Below, one piece after another: positions 47,673-57,347 of a stretch of DNA of 64,000 nt. The position numbers and the translations under genes are program-made. Origin of the DNA: an uncultured Gemmatimonadaceae bacterium (lineage in GTDB: Bacteria; Gemmatimonadota; Gemmatimonadetes; Gemmatimonadales; Gemmatimonadaceae); contig CAVXGK010000001.1 in the NCBI GenBank assembly GCA_963761305.1, forward strand, positions 1,312,001-1,376,000, written 5' to 3'. The notes below the pieces were generated by a model that ran no database searches, was not told the DNA's origin, and saw nothing but the letters and a program-made list of their open reading frames with translations. The stretch's first letter is position 1; every line of letters begins with the position of its first letter.

Positions 47673-48927
47673 CTAGTCGGCGGCGACGGCCGCCACCTCG
47701 CCGAACTCCACCCCGTGCTTCTCCTTGCCCGCCCACGCCGCGATCGCGCCGAGCGTGAAGACCGTGGCGGCCGTGAGCGCCATCGCCGTGGCGTACGTCA
47801 TGTGGTCGGCGAAGATCGCTTCGATGTAGGCAACGGTCCCCGCCACCGCGACGCCGCACTGATAGGCGAAGCCGGGCAGGAATCCGCGAACGCCATCCGG
47901 CGCGAGCTCGTTGATGTGCGCCGGAATCACGCCCCACGCGCCCTGCACCATGAACTGCATCGTGAATCCGCCAATCACGAGGAGCGGCACGGTTTTCGAG
48001 AACGCCCAGAGCGGAATCACGACGACCGCGAGTACCAGCGCGCTGACGATCGCGCGCCGCCGCCCGACGCGGTCAGAGTAGAGGCCGAACAGAATGCCGC
48101 CCGTGATCGCGCCGGCGTTGGCGATCGCCGTTATCATGGCGATCCGCTGCGGCGTGAAATTCCAGTCGCGCTTGAGGAACGTCGGGTACATGTCCTGCGT
48201 GCCGTGGGAGACGAAGTTCATCATCATCATCAGCACGAACAGGTACAGAAACAGCGGCGAGGTGCGACACGAGTCCTCGGCCGTACGCACCCCAGTCGCG
48301 ATGCCGCGTCCGCTCCCAGACCTCCGATTCCTTGACGAACGATCGCACGTAGATCGCGAGGAGCGCCGGGATGCCGCCGATGAAGAACATCGGACGCCAA
48401 CCCCAGCGCGGAAACACGAACAGGAAGCACAGCGCGGCGAGCAGATTTCCGCACGCGTAGCCTTCCTGCAGGAATCCCGAGAGCACTCCGCGCCGGTTGC
48501 GCGGCGCCTTCTCCATCGCCAGCGACGCGCCGACGCCCCATTCGCCGCCCATGCCGATGCCGAACAGCGCGCGCAGCACGAGGAACGCCGCGTACGAGTG
48601 CACGAGTCCGGTCGCGACCTCGACGATCGAGTAGAACACGAGGTCGATCATGAGCGGGATCTTGCGACCGTAGCGATCCGCCAGGAGGCCGAAGATGAAC
48701 GCGCCGACCGGACGGAAGGCGAGCGTGATCGTCAACGACAGCGCGATCGCCTTGTCGGGGCGGCCGAATTCCTTGGCGATCGCCGTCAGCGCGAACGTGA
48801 CGAGAAAGAAGTCGAACGCATCGAGCGTCCAGCCGAGGAAGCTCGCGATCACCGCGGCGCGATGGCCGGTGACTGCCGGCGCCGCGTAGACCGAGGACTT
48901 GGGCGCGGAGGTGGTCGGGGCGGTCAT
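47673..48927 (-). pseudogene. SHS/JEN-family MFS carboxylate transporter, split by a +1 frameshift near 48259
   Basis: N-half GWTLDAFDFF...GMGGEWG; C-half FVSHGTQDMYPTFL...QGAWGVIPAH in a different frame. May be a sequencing error. Confidence 0.8.
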
Positions 48928-49039
48928 GTCTCGAGACTGGGTTCAGCGGGAGGAGGGGCCTGAAATGCCACGAGGGCGATGCCCAAGATGTCACCTGGGG
49001 CACCGCCCTCGCCAGCGCTTGCTCGCGCGCGTGACAGCG

Positions 49040-49723
49040 TTACATCGCGCCCGATTTTACCGTGAAGTTGGCGACGTGCACGCTGAGCATGTGATTCACA
49101 CGCACGCCCACCTGGCCGCTCTCGTCGGCGGTCATACCGCCGCGCGCGATCGCCTGGACCTGCGTGTTGTTCACGAAGAAACGCACCGAGTCCTTCGCCA
49201 CCTTGATCGCGAGATCGTTCGTGGCGTTCGGCATGTCGTCGAACTTGTGAATCGCCGCGTTGGCGGTCCACGGAGCGAGGCTGTGCACCGGATCCGGGCC
49301 GGCGCGATGGCTGATCATGAACTTTCCGTCCTGACGCACCAAGAAGTAGAGATATGTCTCCTTCGCCGCGTCATTCAGGTCGCGTCCAGCGACGAACAGG
49401 CCGAACGCTTCGCCGGCATCGCCGTGCCCCGTGTTCTTCACCGCTTGGCGGAAGTTCGCCGAGACGGTGTAGTTGTCCTTCTGCGCGTCGGCCGCGCGCC
49501 AATAGATCCCCGCGCCGCCGGACGTGACGTGGAAGCCAGGACCCATCGTCTCGAACTTCGCGCTCTTCGTCGCGTCCTTGTCGTCGAGCCGCATCGACCA
49601 GCCCGCCGGCATCGGCGCGGCTGCGACCGCTGTCGTCGGATCCTTCGCCTGCTGCGTCTGCGCCGCCAGCGGCGCCACGGCCGCCAACGCCAGCACGCCC
49701 GTCAAAGTCATCGTGATTCGCAT
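49040..49723 (-). CDS. Secreted hypothetical protein, concanavalin-like (DUF1080-like) beta sandwich
   Basis: Signal peptide; GLFVAG...YLYFLVRQDG...N.L.IKV....VRFFVN...GQVGVRV. Confidence 0.7.
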   Translation of the reverse strand: MRITMTLTGVLALAAVAPLAAQTQQAKDPTTAVAAAPMPAGWSMRLDDKDATKSAKFETMGPGFHVTSGGAGIYWRAADAQKDNYTVSANFRQAVKNTGHGDAGEAFGLFVAGRDLNDAAKETYLYFLVRQDGKFMISHRAGPDPVHSLAPWTANAAIHKFDDMPNATNDLAIKVAKDSVRFFVNNTQVQAIARGGMTADESGQVGVRVNHMLSVHVANFTVKSGAM

Positions 49724-49809
49724 CGTGCCCCCTCGCCTCGAATGAGTTGTTCTCGTGATCGACCGAATATGACGGACCCCACCGTCCGCCGCCATGTCAC
49801 GCATCACCC

Positions 49810-51510
49810 TCAATAACCCGCAGCGTGCCCATCCTTTCTCGGATCCGACGCCGCCGCGTAGCCGTGGGCGAGCTTGATGATCGCCTGGCTCCCGCCGAAC
49901 TGCGACGGCTTGGCGATGCTCACGTCGTGACCCATCGCCTTGAGGCCCGCGATGACACTGTCCGGGATCGCCGGCTCTACGATCACGCGCGTGCCCTCCA
50001 TGTGGCGGAAGCGCCCCTGGTCCATCGCTTCCTGCAGATCCATTCCGAACACCAGCAGGTTGATCAGGAACTGCGCGTGTCCCTGCGCCTGCATCGCGCC
50101 GCCCATCAGTCCGAAGCTCATGTACGGCTCGTCGCCGCTGCCGTCGGCCGACGGATTCGGTCCCGGCTTGGTTACGAATCCTGGAATGAGCGTATGGAAA
50201 GGACGCTTGCCCGGCGCCACCGTGTTCGGGAGATTCGGCTCCATCGTGAACCCCGCGCCGCGATCCTGCAGCGCGAAGCCCGTGCCCGGCGCGACGATCC
50301 CCGATCCGAACTCGTCGAACAAGCTGTTGATGAACGACACCATGTTGCCGTCCTTGTCGGCAACGGTGAGATAGATCGTTTCGCTCGACGTGCGACCCGG
50401 ACCCGGATCGACGTGCGTCTGCGCCTTGTGCTCGTCGATGTGGCTCCGACGCTCGGCGATGAACGGGTCGGAAAGAATCTGGCTGGGCGGAATCGTGAGA
50501 TGGTCGGCGTCGCCGTCGTACCGCGCGAGATCCGCGTAGGCAAGCTTCTTCGCTTCGATCAAGTGATGGAGGTACGGCGCGCTGTTCGCGCCCATCGACT
50601 TGAGATCATATGAGTCGAGAATGCGCAGCATCTCGAGCGCGGCGATTCCCTGGTTGTTCGGCGGCAATTCCCAAATGCGATAGCCCTTGAACGTCGTCGA
50701 GATCGGCGTCACCCACGTCGGCTCGTTCTTCTTGAGATCGTCGAGCGTGAGGAAGCCGTTGAGCTCTTTGATTCGCGCGATGATCTTCTGTCCCAGTTCG
50801 CCGCCATAGATCGCCGACGGTCCGTCCTTGGCGATGAGACGCAGCGAGTTGGCCATGTCCGGATTCTTGAACCAGTCGCCGGCCTTCGGCGTGTGGCCGC
50901 CGGGCATGAACGTCGCCGTCGCCCCCGGATCACTCTGCAAGCGGCGCGTCGCGCCCGACCAATCGCCCGAGATCACCGGCGTGACGACGAATCCATTCTC
51001 GGCGTAGCCGATCGCCGGCTGCAGCGCCTTCGCGAGCGTGAAGGTGCCGTACTTCTTGAGCAGCGCGTCCCAACCGCCGACCGCGCCAGGAACAGTGACC
51101 GTCTCGACGCCGCTCGACGGCATGCGCGTGCGGCCGCGCTTGATCAACTCCTCGCGCGTCATCAACGATCCCGCTCGGCCGCTCGCGTTGAGCGCGATGA
51201 GCTTCTTGTCCTTCGCGCTCCAGATGAGCGCGAACATGTCGCCGCCCGGGCCGGTCATCATCGGTTCGACGACGGCGAGAACGCCCGCCGCCGTCACCGC
51301 GGCGTCGATCGCGTTGCCGCCATGCTCGAGCACTTCGACGGCGGCGCTGGTGGCGAGCGGTTGGCTCGTCGCGGCGACGCCGTTCGGCACGTAGACGGTG
51401 GATCGGCCGGCCATGGTCAACGGTCGTTGGGCGCTGAGGTTCGTTGCGATTGTGAAAACCGCAGAGACACCGAGAACGCGGAGGGATGAACGGGAAGACA
51501 GGAAGGGCAT
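49810..51510 (-). CDS. ggt: Gamma-glutamyltransferase family protein (second subfamily)
   Basis: ATSQPLA, GGNAIDAA, GGDMF, catalytic ETIYLTVAD, KRPFHTLIP, MGGAMQAQG. Confidence 0.93.
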   Translation of the reverse strand: MPFLSSRSSLRVLGVSAVFTIATNLSAQRPLTMAGRSTVYVPNGVAATSQPLATSAAVEVLEHGGNAIDAAVTAAGVLAVVEPMMTGPGGDMFALIWSAKDKKLIALNASGRAGSLMTREELIKRGRTRMPSSGVETVTVPGAVGGWDALLKKYGTFTLAKALQPAIGYAENGFVVTPVISGDWSGATRRLQSDPGATATFMPGGHTPKAGDWFKNPDMANSLRLIAKDGPSAIYGGELGQKIIARIKELNGFLTLDDLKKNEPTWVTPISTTFKGYRIWELPPNNQGIAALEMLRILDSYDLKSMGANSAPYLHHLIEAKKLAYADLARYDGDADHLTIPPSQILSDPFIAERRSHIDEHKAQTHVDPGPGRTSSETIYLTVADKDGNMVSFINSLFDEFGSGIVAPGTGFALQDRGAGFTMEPNLPNTVAPGKRPFHTLIPGFVTKPGPNPSADGSGDEPYMSFGLMGGAMQAQGHAQFLINLLVFGMDLQEAMDQGRFRHMEGTRVIVEPAIPDSVIAGLKAMGHDVSIAKPSQFGGSQAIIKLAHGYAAASDPRKDGHAAGY

Positions 51511-51583
51511 CGGGTTTGGTCTCCGGCAGTCTTACGGAAGCATCGAGGCGGTGCCACAGCGCTCAACGATACCGCGCCGAGTA

Positions 51584-52156
51584 TCACGCGTCGAGCGCGG
51601 CGAGATCGTCGGGCGTGTCGACGTCGCGCGGCGCGTCGGCGTCCACGTCGACGAAGGCGACGCGCGTCGCGTCGCGGGTGATCAGGTCCCGCGCGCCGAC
51701 GTCGCCGGTGACCGACGTCACTTCATTGAACACGGCGCGTCCGAGGAGCACGGGATGGCCCTGCACGCCGCGGTAGCGCGTCGCGACGATCGGCTTTCTC
51801 GCGTCCCGCCAGACGGAGACGACGCGGCGCACGACGTCCGGATCGATTCCCGGCTGGTCGCCGAGCGCGATGACGGCCGCCTCGGTGTCGGATGGCGCGG
51901 CGCTCACGCCGAGCCGGAGCGACGTTGACAGTCCGTCGGCCCACCGGACGTTGCCGACAATCGTCGCATCGATGCCGGACAGCGCGGCGATCACCCTGTC
52001 CGCTTCCGATCCGACGACGACAACAAGGTGATCGACGACCGACGCGAGCGTGCGCGCCGCCGTCGCGACGATCGGCCAGCCGTTCACGTGCGCGAGCAGC
52101 TTCTGCGATCCGAACCGGCTGCCGCCGCCCGCGGCCAGCAGCACGCCGACGATCAT
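51584..52156 (-). CDS. mocA: Molybdenum cofactor cytidylyltransferase-like nucleotidyltransferase
   Basis: LAAGGGSRFG.QKLL, GLSTSL, LGDQP, GHPV, GDVGAR, DVDTPDD; in the same operon as xdhC. Confidence 0.85.
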   Translation of the reverse strand: MIVGVLLAAGGGSRFGSQKLLAHVNGWPIVATAARTLASVVDHLVVVVGSEADRVIAALSGIDATIVGNVRWADGLSTSLRLGVSAAPSDTEAAVIALGDQPGIDPDVVRRVVSVWRDARKPIVATRYRGVQGHPVLLGRAVFNEVTSVTGDVGARDLITRDATRVAFVDVDADAPRDVDTPDDLAALDA

Positions 52157-52536
52157 GGCTCGGCCGTCGCGAGCGACGACGCCGCGCGCCGCAACGTCTC
52201 GAGCGGAAGCAGCGCGCACTTCCGCCGCGCGGCCGGCGGCTCGCCTTCAAGCGACGCGAAGAGCCACGCTTCGTCGACGCGCGTCGCCGCGTCGACGCGC
52301 ATGCCGCGCACGTGTTCGGTGAGCACGGAAGCCGACGCGACGCACAGCGCGCACGCGTCGGCGGTGAACCGCGCGTCGGCGATCGTGCCGCCCCCCTGCT
52401 CCTCGCGCAGCTCGATGCGCACGACGTCGCCACAGAGCGGATTCGCCGCCTCGGCCGACGCGTCCGCGTGGTCGAGCGGGCCGCGATTCTTCGGATTGCG
52501 AAAGTGCTCCAGCACCACGGAGCGCAACGTGCTCAC
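52153..52536 (-). CDS. IscU/SufU-like Fe-S scaffold (NifU N-terminal domain)
   Basis: LEHFRNPKN.G, NPLCGD, ACALCVASAS, RRKCA. Confidence 0.88.
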   Translation of the reverse strand: MSTLRSVVLEHFRNPKNRGPLDHADASAEAANPLCGDVVRIELREEQGGGTIADARFTADACALCVASASVLTEHVRGMRVDAATRVDEAWLFASLEGEPPAARRKCALLPLETLRRAASSLATAEP

Positions 52537-53510
52537 GACGTCTTTCCGTTCCGCACCGCGACGACCTCGGCGAGAATCGACAGCGCGACCTCCTCCGGGC
52601 GTTTGCCGCCGATGTCGATGCCGATCGGCGTGCGCACGCGAGCCAGCTCGTCGGCGGTGAAGCCTTCGCCGGCCAGCATGTCGCGCACCGCCGCGCCGCG
52701 CTTGCGGCTGCCGAGCAGTCCGACGTAGCCGACCGGCGCGCGAAGCACGTGTCGAAGAACCGGCAGCTCGTACTTGTAGTCGTGGGCCACGAGCACGACA
52801 GCCACGTTTTTATTGCTCGGGATTCGAGCGACGATCTCGGACGGCATGCCGACGCGAATTTCATCCGCGTCGGGAAAGCGATCCGATGTCGCATAGCGCT
52901 CGCGGCCGTCGACGATGATCGTGCGCATGTCGAACTCGCGCGCGAGTCGAGTGAGCGTCATCGCGATCTGCCCGGCGCCGACGATGACGAGCGTCAGCGG
53001 CGGCGAGACGCGATCGAGAAACACAGGCAGCGCCGGATCGATGTCGTCGACGTCCGATGCGGGAACGGTCCGCGGCGCGATCGATGGGTCGAGCGGCGTG
53101 ACGATCACCGCGGCCTCGCCGGCCTCGAGCAGCTCGAGGGCCTCGCGGTGCGCGATGACCGTCGGATCCGTCTCCAACGAGGGCACGACGCGGGTGAGCA
53201 GCACGTCGAGCGTGCCGCCGCAGGTGAGGCCGATCTCCCACGCTTCGTCGTCGTCGAGCGAGATCGAGAGCAACCGCTGCCCGCCAGCGACGACGAGCGC
53301 GTCCGCCGCCTCGATCACCTGCGCGTCGACGCAGCCGCCGATGGTGACGCCGCCGATGATCCGTCCGCTGTGCCCGACGATCATCTTGGCGCCGATTTTC
53401 TTCGACGACCCGCCACCCGTCGCGCCGACGAGCGTCGCCAGCGCCACCGCCGGCTCGTCGCGCAGCGCGGGATCAGTCGGGTCGATCAGTCCGAACGGGT
53501 TCGGCATCAC
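52533..53510 (-). CDS. xdhC: XdhC/CoxF family Moco insertion chaperone
   Basis: GAKM, IGGCVD, GLTCGG, VGAG, GYVGLLGS, PIGIDIGG..PEEVALSILAE. Confidence 0.92.
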   Translation of the reverse strand: MMPNPFGLIDPTDPALRDEPAVALATLVGATGGGSSKKIGAKMIVGHSGRIIGGVTIGGCVDAQVIEAADALVVAGGQRLLSISLDDDEAWEIGLTCGGTLDVLLTRVVPSLETDPTVIAHREALELLEAGEAAVIVTPLDPSIAPRTVPASDVDDIDPALPVFLDRVSPPLTLVIVGAGQIAMTLTRLAREFDMRTIIVDGRERYATSDRFPDADEIRVGMPSEIVARIPSNKNVAVVLVAHDYKYELPVLRHVLRAPVGYVGLLGSRKRGAAVRDMLAGEGFTADELARVRTPIGIDIGGKRPEEVALSILAEVVAVRNGKTS

Positions 53511-53607
53511 TCGATAGTCTGCGCGGCCGCACGCCGATAGACAACGGGGCCTGGCCGCGGATCTCGCTGACGACGGCCGCTAAGGCGCCCGCTAGGCATC
53601 GACGATT

Positions 53608-53770
53608 GGAACACGGACACAGATGGATCGGACGGACACAAACGGAGACTGCTTCGAATTGAACGGCGAATCCGGGCCCATGCCGGCCTCGTGCTCCGAT
53701 ATCAATTCGAGCAACACCAACAAATGTCTTCTCCGTTTGTTTCCGTTAGATCCGTCTGTGTCCGTATTCC
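53608..53770. repeat. Intergenic long palindromic element, CGGA-periodic family
   Basis: 41-nt arms 53608-53648/53730-53770 with 36/41 complementary positions, plus inner TCGAATTGA/TCAATTCGA. Confidence 0.85.
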
Positions 53771-53841
53771 ACTCGTTATGGCCAGACCCGCGACCGAGGA
53801 TCGCGCCGTCAAGTGGAGCCGCAGCGCGAAACTGGCAGCTT

Positions 53842-54612
53842 CTATTCAGTGAGATTCGCTCGGCGCAGCACGTCGAGCCACAGGGCCCGCACCTGGTGCG
53901 CCCCCTTCGCGTTGGGCTCGATGAGCGAGCGACGCCAATACCATCGGTCGGATTCGGCGGCGCTCACGCCGTGGCCGAGGAAGTGGGCGTGCACGTCGGC
54001 CAGAAGAGTGCGCGGGGTGCCGGCGGCGAGCGTGCGAACGTGCGCGTTGAATCGGTCGAGGATCTCGAGCGGAAGCGGGCCGGCATCGTCGTACACGCCG
54101 GGAATCCGGCCGGTGCCGTCGGAGGGATCGTAGACCGTCGCGATGACGAACGTTCCAGCAGGCAGCTTCGTGCGCAGCGTGTCGAGCAGAAAATCGTACG
54201 CGTCGGCGATGTCGTTCTCGATGCGGTCGAGGAGCGAGCGCCGTGCGCGGCCGCTGTAGGCGCTCAGCAGGTCGTTGCCGCCGATGGTGAGCGTGACGAG
54301 TGTCGGCTCGTCGGTTTCGTCGAGCTGCGTCATCTGCTCGCCGAAGACGTCGCCGATCGTCGCGCCGTCGATCGCCAGGTTGCGAAAGTCGATCGCCGGC
54401 ATGCGCGTCACGAGATCGTCGGCCGTGAATTCGGGCCAGCGGTCGACGTCATTCCTGTAGAGCAGCGAGGCGGCGCCGAGCGGCGCGACGCGTCCCGCCG
54501 CTGGATCGTGCTCGAGCGCGACGGCGACATCCACGTCGCCCGCGTCGAGCGCCGGATACAGGTCGATCGACACGGAATCGCCGAGCGCGACGTACCGAGC
54601 GAACTCGATCAC
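53842..54612 (-). CDS. SGNH/GDSL hydrolase
   Basis: ALGDS, AIDGAT, IGGND blocks; block V reads IEPNAKG. Confidence 0.85.
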   Translation of the reverse strand: MIEFARYVALGDSVSIDLYPALDAGDVDVAVALEHDPAAGRVAPLGAASLLYRNDVDRWPEFTADDLVTRMPAIDFRNLAIDGATIGDVFGEQMTQLDETDEPTLVTLTIGGNDLLSAYSGRARRSLLDRIENDIADAYDFLLDTLRTKLPAGTFVIATVYDPSDGTGRIPGVYDDAGPLPLEILDRFNAHVRTLAAGTPRTLLADVHAHFLGHGVSAAESDRWYWRRSLIEPNAKGAHQVRALWLDVLRRANLTE

Positions 54613-54623
54613 GCGCGCGAGCG

Positions 54624-55841
54624 TCAGACGGTGAGGGGGACGCGAAGCCCGCGCGTCGCCAGCACGCGCGCCACGACGTCGCCGATTTTGTTGTTCGGCG
54701 TGCTCGCGCCCGCCGTGATCCCGACGCGCACCGGGCCGGCCGGAAGCCACTCGCGCGCGTCGGCTTCGTCGTGCTGCACCTGCGCGACCCGGAAGTGGAT
54801 CGAGCGCGCATCGGGATCGATCCCTGCCGACGACTCGATGTGATACGACGGCACGCGCTCGGCGCAGAGCGCGGCGAGCGAGATCGTGTTGCTCGAGTTG
54901 AACCCGCCGATCACCACCATCGCGTCGACGCCGGCGTCGAGCAGCTCGCGCACGGCGTCCTGCCGTTCCTGCGTCGCGCTGCAGATGGTGTCGAAGCTGC
55001 GGAAGTCGGTCGCTCGCGCCGCGTCGCCGCGCGCCCGGCCGATCGCGTCGCCGACTTCGGCGGCGATCGCCAGCGACTCGCGCGCCAGCATCGTGGTCTG
55101 GTTGGCGACGCCGATCCGCTGCAGGTGGCGCGTGGGATCGAACCCGGGCGAGACGGCGCGCGAAAACGTCTGCATCAGCGACTCGGCCGGCACGCCGCCT
55201 TCTATGTATCCGCACACGACCTTGGCTTCGTCCATGTTGCGCACGATCAGGTAGTGTCCGTCGGGGTATTTTCGTACTTGCGACGCCGTGGCGCGCGTCT
55301 CTTCATGGTAGTATTTGCCGTGGATGAGCGCCGTGAAGGCGTCCTTGGCGTAGCTCTCGACGCGCTTCCACACGTTGAGCACCGAACCACACGTCGTGTC
55401 GACGAGGATGCAGCCCGCGTCGCGCAGCGCGGCGAAATCGTCGATCGTCACGCCGAACGCCGGCAGGATCACCACGTCCTCGGGCCTAATCGACGAGAAG
55501 TCGAAGCCCTTCTTCCCGGGCAATAAGATCTCGATCCCCATCCCCCGCAGCCGTTCGTTGACGTGCGGGTTGTGAATGATCTCGCCGACGAGCACGATGC
55601 GCCGCTCGGGGAACTTGCGTCGCGTCTGGTATGCGTACTCGACGGCGCGCTCCACGCCGTAGCAGAAACCGAACTCGCGCGCGAGGCGAATCGTGACGTC
55701 GTCGACGACGAGCGTGTAGTCGTTCGACTTGAGGAGATCGACGACGCGGCCGTCGTAGTCGGCGGAGAGATCGTCGCGGACTTCGGCGGCCAGCCCGAAT
55801 CCTCGCCGGAAGTACGTCGACGGATCGGGCGATGGAGACAT
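54624..55841 (-). CDS. ispH: 4-hydroxy-3-methylbut-2-enyl diphosphate reductase
   Basis: FGFCYGVERA, EIIHNP, DTTC, HEET, NQTT, DTICSATQERQ, SSNT, TAGASTP. Confidence 0.96.
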   Translation of the reverse strand: MSPSPDPSTYFRRGFGLAAEVRDDLSADYDGRVVDLLKSNDYTLVVDDVTIRLAREFGFCYGVERAVEYAYQTRRKFPERRIVLVGEIIHNPHVNERLRGMGIEILLPGKKGFDFSSIRPEDVVILPAFGVTIDDFAALRDAGCILVDTTCGSVLNVWKRVESYAKDAFTALIHGKYYHEETRATASQVRKYPDGHYLIVRNMDEAKVVCGYIEGGVPAESLMQTFSRAVSPGFDPTRHLQRIGVANQTTMLARESLAIAAEVGDAIGRARGDAARATDFRSFDTICSATQERQDAVRELLDAGVDAMVVIGGFNSSNTISLAALCAERVPSYHIESSAGIDPDARSIHFRVAQVQHDEADAREWLPAGPVRVGITAGASTPNNKIGDVVARVLATRGLRVPLTV

Positions 55842-55971
55842 GCTCACAAATCTAGCGCGTGAAGCGACTCGATCGTGGTTGAATCCGCCGCGTTGCCCCG
55901 GATACCAATCGCGACGCGTTCGTCAAGTGGTCGCGATCAGTAACCGCCAAGTCGCGCACGCTTGCGAGTTC

Positions 55972-56000
55972 TTGCTACGCGAATCGCGTCGCGGTATGCT
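55972..56000 (+). promoter_or_regulatory. Sigma70 promoter of the CGNR-GNAT pair
   Basis: TTGCTA-N17-TATGCT. Confidence 0.55.
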
Positions 56001-56021
56001 TGTCGTCCCTCGCCACGATCG

Positions 56022-56690
56022 ATGCTCACGTTCACTTCTACCTCCGACGCCGCTAGCCTGGCCTACGTGCCGCGCCCGATGGGCGAACGGTCTCCGTTCG
56101 TTTTCGTCGGCGAGCGTCTCTGGCTCGACTTCGTGAACTCCGAGTTCGGCATTCGTCGCTTCGACGCGCTGCGCGACTTCGACGCGATGGTGCGTTGGCT
56201 CGAGGCCGCCGCCGTGCTCGACGCCGAACGCGCCGGCGGCATTCGCCGCCGCGCCCAACAGCAGCCGGCCGGCGCGGCCGCGTCCCTGATCGACGCGCGA
56301 CGGGTGCGCGCCGCGCTTCGCTCGCTCGCCGAACGCGGCCCGCTCAGCGATCGCGTGCGCTTCGACGGACTCGGCGAGATCAATCGTGTGCTCGGCCGCA
56401 GCGCCGGCACGCGACGCGTCGAGCTGCGTACCGACGGCACGTTCATTCGCTCGTTCGTGCCGGTGGGCGACGCGTTCGCCGGCCTCGTCATCCCGATCGT
56501 CGAGTCGGCGGCCGACGCGCTCATTCTCGGCGAATTGCCGCGCGTGCGTCGCTGCGCCGACCCGCGATGCCAGCGCGTGTTCTTCGACAACACGAAGAAC
56601 GGACGCCGCCGCTGGTGCGACATGTCGACGTGCGGCAATCGCGCGAAAGCGGCGCGGCACCGGGAGAAGCTCAGGTCTCCCCACGATTGA
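56022..56690 (+). CDS. ABATE / CGNR zinc-finger protein
   Basis: LDFVN; RRCADPRC..VF.D.TKNGRRRWC.M.TCGNRAKA. Confidence 0.93.
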   Translation: MLTFTSTSDAASLAYVPRPMGERSPFVFVGERLWLDFVNSEFGIRRFDALRDFDAMVRWLEAAAVLDAERAGGIRRRAQQQPAGAAASLIDARRVRAALRSLAERGPLSDRVRFDGLGEINRVLGRSAGTRRVELRTDGTFIRSFVPVGDAFAGLVIPIVESAADALILGELPRVRRCADPRCQRVFFDNTKNGRRRWCDMSTCGNRAKAARHREKLRSPHD

Positions 56691-57214
56691 GCCGCGAAGT
56701 CGAGGTCGTGCGCACCTACCTCGAGTTGCGATCGCCCGAGCAGTTGCGAGCCGCCCTCACCAACGCTGACGCCACCGATCCGTCGGTGGCGTTCGTGCAT
56801 CGGCCCGCGATCGCCGTCGCGGCATACCGGCGGCTGTACGAGGCGGTCGGCGACCGCTGGTACTGGCGGGACCGCAACGCGTGGACCGACGATCGCCTCG
56901 CGGCGCATTTGGCGCGGCCGGAGATCTCCGTGTGGGAGTGCGTCGTCGACGGTGCGAGCGCGGGCTTCTTCGAGTTGGAAAAGCGCGACGACGGCTCGGT
57001 GGAGATCGCGTACTTCGGACTGATCGAGCGCATGATCGGCCGGGGCCTAGGTGGGGCGATGCTGACACACGCGGCGAGAGAAGCATGGGCGCTCGGCGCG
57101 AACCGCGTTTGGCTGCACACGTGCACGCTGGACTCGCCGCATGCTTTGCCCAACTACAAGGCGCGGGGGTTCGAGCCCTTCCAAACCGAGACCTACGTGG
57201 CGGCCGTGGACTGA
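56687..57214 (+). CDS. GNAT family N-acetyltransferase
   Basis: TTGA overlap; AGFFEL, IAYFGL...GRGLGG, WLHTCTLD.P.ALPNY..RGF. Confidence 0.9.
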   Translation: MSREVEVVRTYLELRSPEQLRAALTNADATDPSVAFVHRPAIAVAAYRRLYEAVGDRWYWRDRNAWTDDRLAAHLARPEISVWECVVDGASAGFFELEKRDDGSVEIAYFGLIERMIGRGLGGAMLTHAAREAWALGANRVWLHTCTLDSPHALPNYKARGFEPFQTETYVAAVD

Positions 57215-57270
57215 CGCTGATGTTGTTGCTGATGCTGTTGCTGTTGCTGATGCTGTTGCTGTTGCTGATG
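57211..57270 (+). repeat. Hexamer tandem repeat (CTGWTG)n
   Basis: About ten units of CTGATG/CTGTTG starting at the GNAT stop codon. Confidence 0.85.
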
Positions 57271-57347
57271 CTAGAGTGCCGGCCCAGCAGTGATCGCCAT
57301 CAGGCCACGACCGCCAGTCGAAGAAGCACAGGCGACAGCATCGGTCT

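Noticed and set aside
47266..47937. 223-aa ORF with an internal repeat
   Set aside because: It is a translation of the DNA repeat plus an off-frame part of the MFS gene.
53623..54843. 406-aa plus-strand ORF
   Set aside because: Begins in the palindromic repeat and is antisense to the SGNH and ispH genes; no motifs.
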